64,000 bases of DNA, from assembly GCF_000143415.4 (NCBI RefSeq), contig NW_003314261.1:6360822-6424821 (forward strand), read 5' to 3'. Each line of letters begins with the position of its first letter. The first letter of the stretch is position 1. Positions 61,913 through 64,000 of the stretch are shown one piece after another. The DNA is from Selaginella moellendorffii (Eukaryota > Plantae > Lycopodiophyta). The translations under genes and the position numbers were made by a program. The notes under the pieces were generated by a model that saw only the letters and a list, made by a program, of their open reading frames with translations, searched no databases and was not told where the DNA came from.

Positions 61913-62742
61913 ATGGCGGACAAGAAGGAGGTGTGCCTGACAATGCATCAGCCTTGGGCGTCGCTGCTCGTCCATGGGATCAAGAGGATCGAAGGCCGAT
62001 CCTGGAGCTCCTCGGTGCGCGGTGAGCGCCAATTGCTCTTGAATTTCTGCCAAACTCTCTCTTGAATTTCCTAGGCCGTTTGTGGATACACGCAGCTGCA
62101 AAGGTGCCCGAGCCAGAGACAATTCGAGAGCTGGAGCGCTTCTACACTGAGGTTTACGCTGCACAAGGGATCAAAGACATCAAATTTCCCGAGTTTTATC
62201 CAACGTCGGTGTTGCTCGGTGAGAAACGAAAAGGTTTGTTAGAACTTCTTGACAAGAACTGTCCAGGTTGCGTCAATGTGGTGGATTGTGTGAAGCTCGA
62301 GGAGCTCGTCAGCCGCGAAGAACTTCCTCAAAGTGTAAGAGAGTAGCTTTTTCTCGATTGAAGCTTAGTTTTTCTCTTTCGACTGTACAGATACGCATGG
62401 AGGCGCTGAGTGAGTGCTGCTGGCTCTGTGAAGAACCCCAAGTGAGTACTTAACGGAGTTTTTTGCTTCTTTCCTGTTCATGGCTCATGGTTTTACCACT
62501 TCCAGAAGCTGGTGATCCCATTCCAAATGCGTGGGTGGCAAGGCGTCTACAATCTCGAGAAGAAGGTAAGATCAAAAACAGCGTCGATCGACTGAAAAAA
62601 CTTCTTTCTTTTACGTTTCTCTCTCCAGATCGCATCAGCAGCCGTGGGAGGCTTGAAAGCTGTGCAAGGTCCCGGTCCAGTCAAGTTCTCGGGCCTTGGA
62701 GTTTCTTCCAAATCTCCAGGCAAAGCCATCAAGAACACATAA
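61913..62742 (+). CDS. ASCH (ASC-1 homology/PUA-like) domain protein, 6 exons
   Basis: CLTMHQPWASLLVHGIKRIEGRSW, GRLWIHAAAK, YPTSVLLG|CVNVVDC, MRGWQGVYNL. Confidence 0.93.
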
Positions 62743-62831
62743 GTGGAAGAGGTACCTTCGATCCATCTTTCCTTGTCAGTCTCTAAATCGACGTTTCTTT
62801 TCCATGCTCCGATAAACAAAAGAGAACTCGA

Positions 62832-64000
62832 TCACCAGTAGTCACCACAGGAGCAAACGCCATCCTCGCAGTGATGAAACCTCGCGCTGTCCCGCACAAC
62901 AATCCTCCTCCCAACCATCCTGGAGACGAGCTTGATCGTGGTGTGACACTCGACGCAAACTCTGAGGTTCTTGGTCACCAGCAGCGGAGTTCCGGGAGGT
63001 GTGGCGATCAGTCCAAACGCCATCGCCAGCTTCTCGCTGTGGTGAGCCACCATCTCCTCCTGGACGCCATGGATCCCGAGCTTGCTCTCGATCATCTGGA
63101 GCTCGGCGTGGATGTGATCCTGGAGAGGATGCGTCTTGTCCCCAGCCACAAAGACGTGGAGAGCTCCATCAATCTCGATGGAACTGTAGCCGGGCTCCTT
63201 CTTCACTCCTCGCAGCTCCATCATCTTCCTCAGCTCGGCCACCTTGTCCTTCTTCCCGCTCGCCGCGTAGATGCTCGAGAGGAGGAGATACGGAGCTGCG
63301 CCGTGAGGATCCAGCACGAAGAGCCTCTCCGCCGCTCGAGCTCCTCGCTCCTCGTCCCGGTGACTTTTGCAAGCCGCCAGCAGCGACATCCACGGCATGG
63401 CGATGGCGTCCGTGTCGAAAGGCATGGTCTGGATGAGCTCCTCGGCCTGCTGCGTCTGCCCGGCCCTCCCGAGAAGATCCACCATGCAGAGGAAGTGCTC
63501 CATTGTCGGGACGATTCCAAACTCGCCTCTCGCGAGGAGGAAGCTCTCCCGGCCCCGACGCAGCGTTCCGCCATGGCTGCAAGCGACGAGCAAGCTGACG
63601 AGCGTCACGTCGTCGAGCCCGACTCCTTCGAGGCACATCACCAGGAAGAGCTCGTCCGCCACCCCGGGGTGCCCGTTTTGCGCGTACGCCGCGAGCATGG
63701 CAGTCCAGGAGACGGTGTCGTGCCTCGCCATGGCATCAAAAACCGATTTTGATTGCTCCAGTCGGCCACACTTTGCGTAGAGATTGATGAGAGCGGTGTT
63801 GAGCACTACGTCGGATGCAAGCTCGCTGTCTATGGCGGCGAGCGTGGAGTGGATCCTCTGGCCTTGCGTAAGAGCCGCGAGACGAGCGCAGGCGTCGAGG
63901 GCGATGACGAAGGTGACGCGGTTGGGGCGGCAGCCATAGCTCTGCTGCTGCTCCATCGCCGCGAACAGGCGAAGAGCGTCGCCATCTCGGTCGTGCTCGA
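62832..64000 (-). CDS. PLS-class PPR protein with E and DYW deaminase domains (5' part beyond the window edge)
   Basis: TALINLYAKCG, VSWTAMLAAYAQNG, HFLCMVDLLGRAG, KKEPGYSSIE, HSEKLA, CVECH, terminal DYW. Confidence 0.97.
   Translation of the reverse strand, partial: EHDRDGDALRLFAAMEQQQSYGCRPNRVTFVIALDACARLAALTQGQRIHSTLAAIDSELASDVVLNTALINLYAKCGRLEQSKSVFDAMARHDTVSWTAMLAAYAQNGHPGVADELFLVMCLEGVGLDDVTLVSLLVACSHGGTLRRGRESFLLARGEFGIVPTMEHFLCMVDLLGRAGQTQQAEELIQTMPFDTDAIAMPWMSLLAACKSHRDEERGARAAERLFVLDPHGAAPYLLLSSIYAASGKKDKVAELRKMMELRGVKKEPGYSSIEIDGALHVFVAGDKTHPLQDHIHAELQMIESKLGIHGVQEEMVAHHSEKLAMAFGLIATPPGTPLLVTKNLRVCVECHTTIKLVSRMVGRRIVVRDSARFHHCEDGVCSCGDYW

Noticed and set aside
62871-63780. Long plus-strand ORFs (293, 145, 137 aa)
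   Set aside because: Antisense shadows of the GC-rich PPR-DYW CDS.

Overview
Eukaryotic plant nuclear DNA. Tiny (~50-80 bp) introns, very tight gene packing and a PLS-DYW PPR gene suggest a lycophyte such as Selaginella (inference). Layout: (1) 1-12.3 kb is AT-rich decayed repeat DNA with a ~465-bp satellite, interstitial telomere-like motifs, an ankyrin pseudogene and a MiAMP1-like secreted peptide gene. (2) 13-43.7 kb is a dense gene block: Crinkler-type REase-like/pseudokinase gene, SYD-like SNF2 pseudogene, HMGB, RPI, LCAT-like lipase, a three-member C/D snoRNA cluster, sHSP, Rho_N protein, an unknown gene, three small secreted proteins, an ATM-type ABCB transporter, FPGS, an RluA pseudouridine synthase, RecA and a GH28. 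(3) 44165-56185 is a structurally complete ~12-kb Mutator-like DNA transposon with imperfect TIRs and a 9-bp TSD. It carries a GCM-like/DDE/SWIM transposase, two Zn-finger-like paralogs and a large spliced gene fusing a ParB/Srx-like domain to a bacterial-type beta-class N4/N6 DNA methyltransferase-like domain; the first intron of that gene holds a GC-rich array of alternating inverted 14-mers. (4) 56.2-60.5 kb holds nested LTR-retrotransposon debris. (5) ASCH and PPR-DYW genes end the window. The best candidate new system is the MULE-borne ParB-MTase gene with its palindrome array. Second is the pseudouridine synthase and FPGS pair, in frame and separated by one TGA plus 12 nt. Exon boundaries were read by eye and are approximate.
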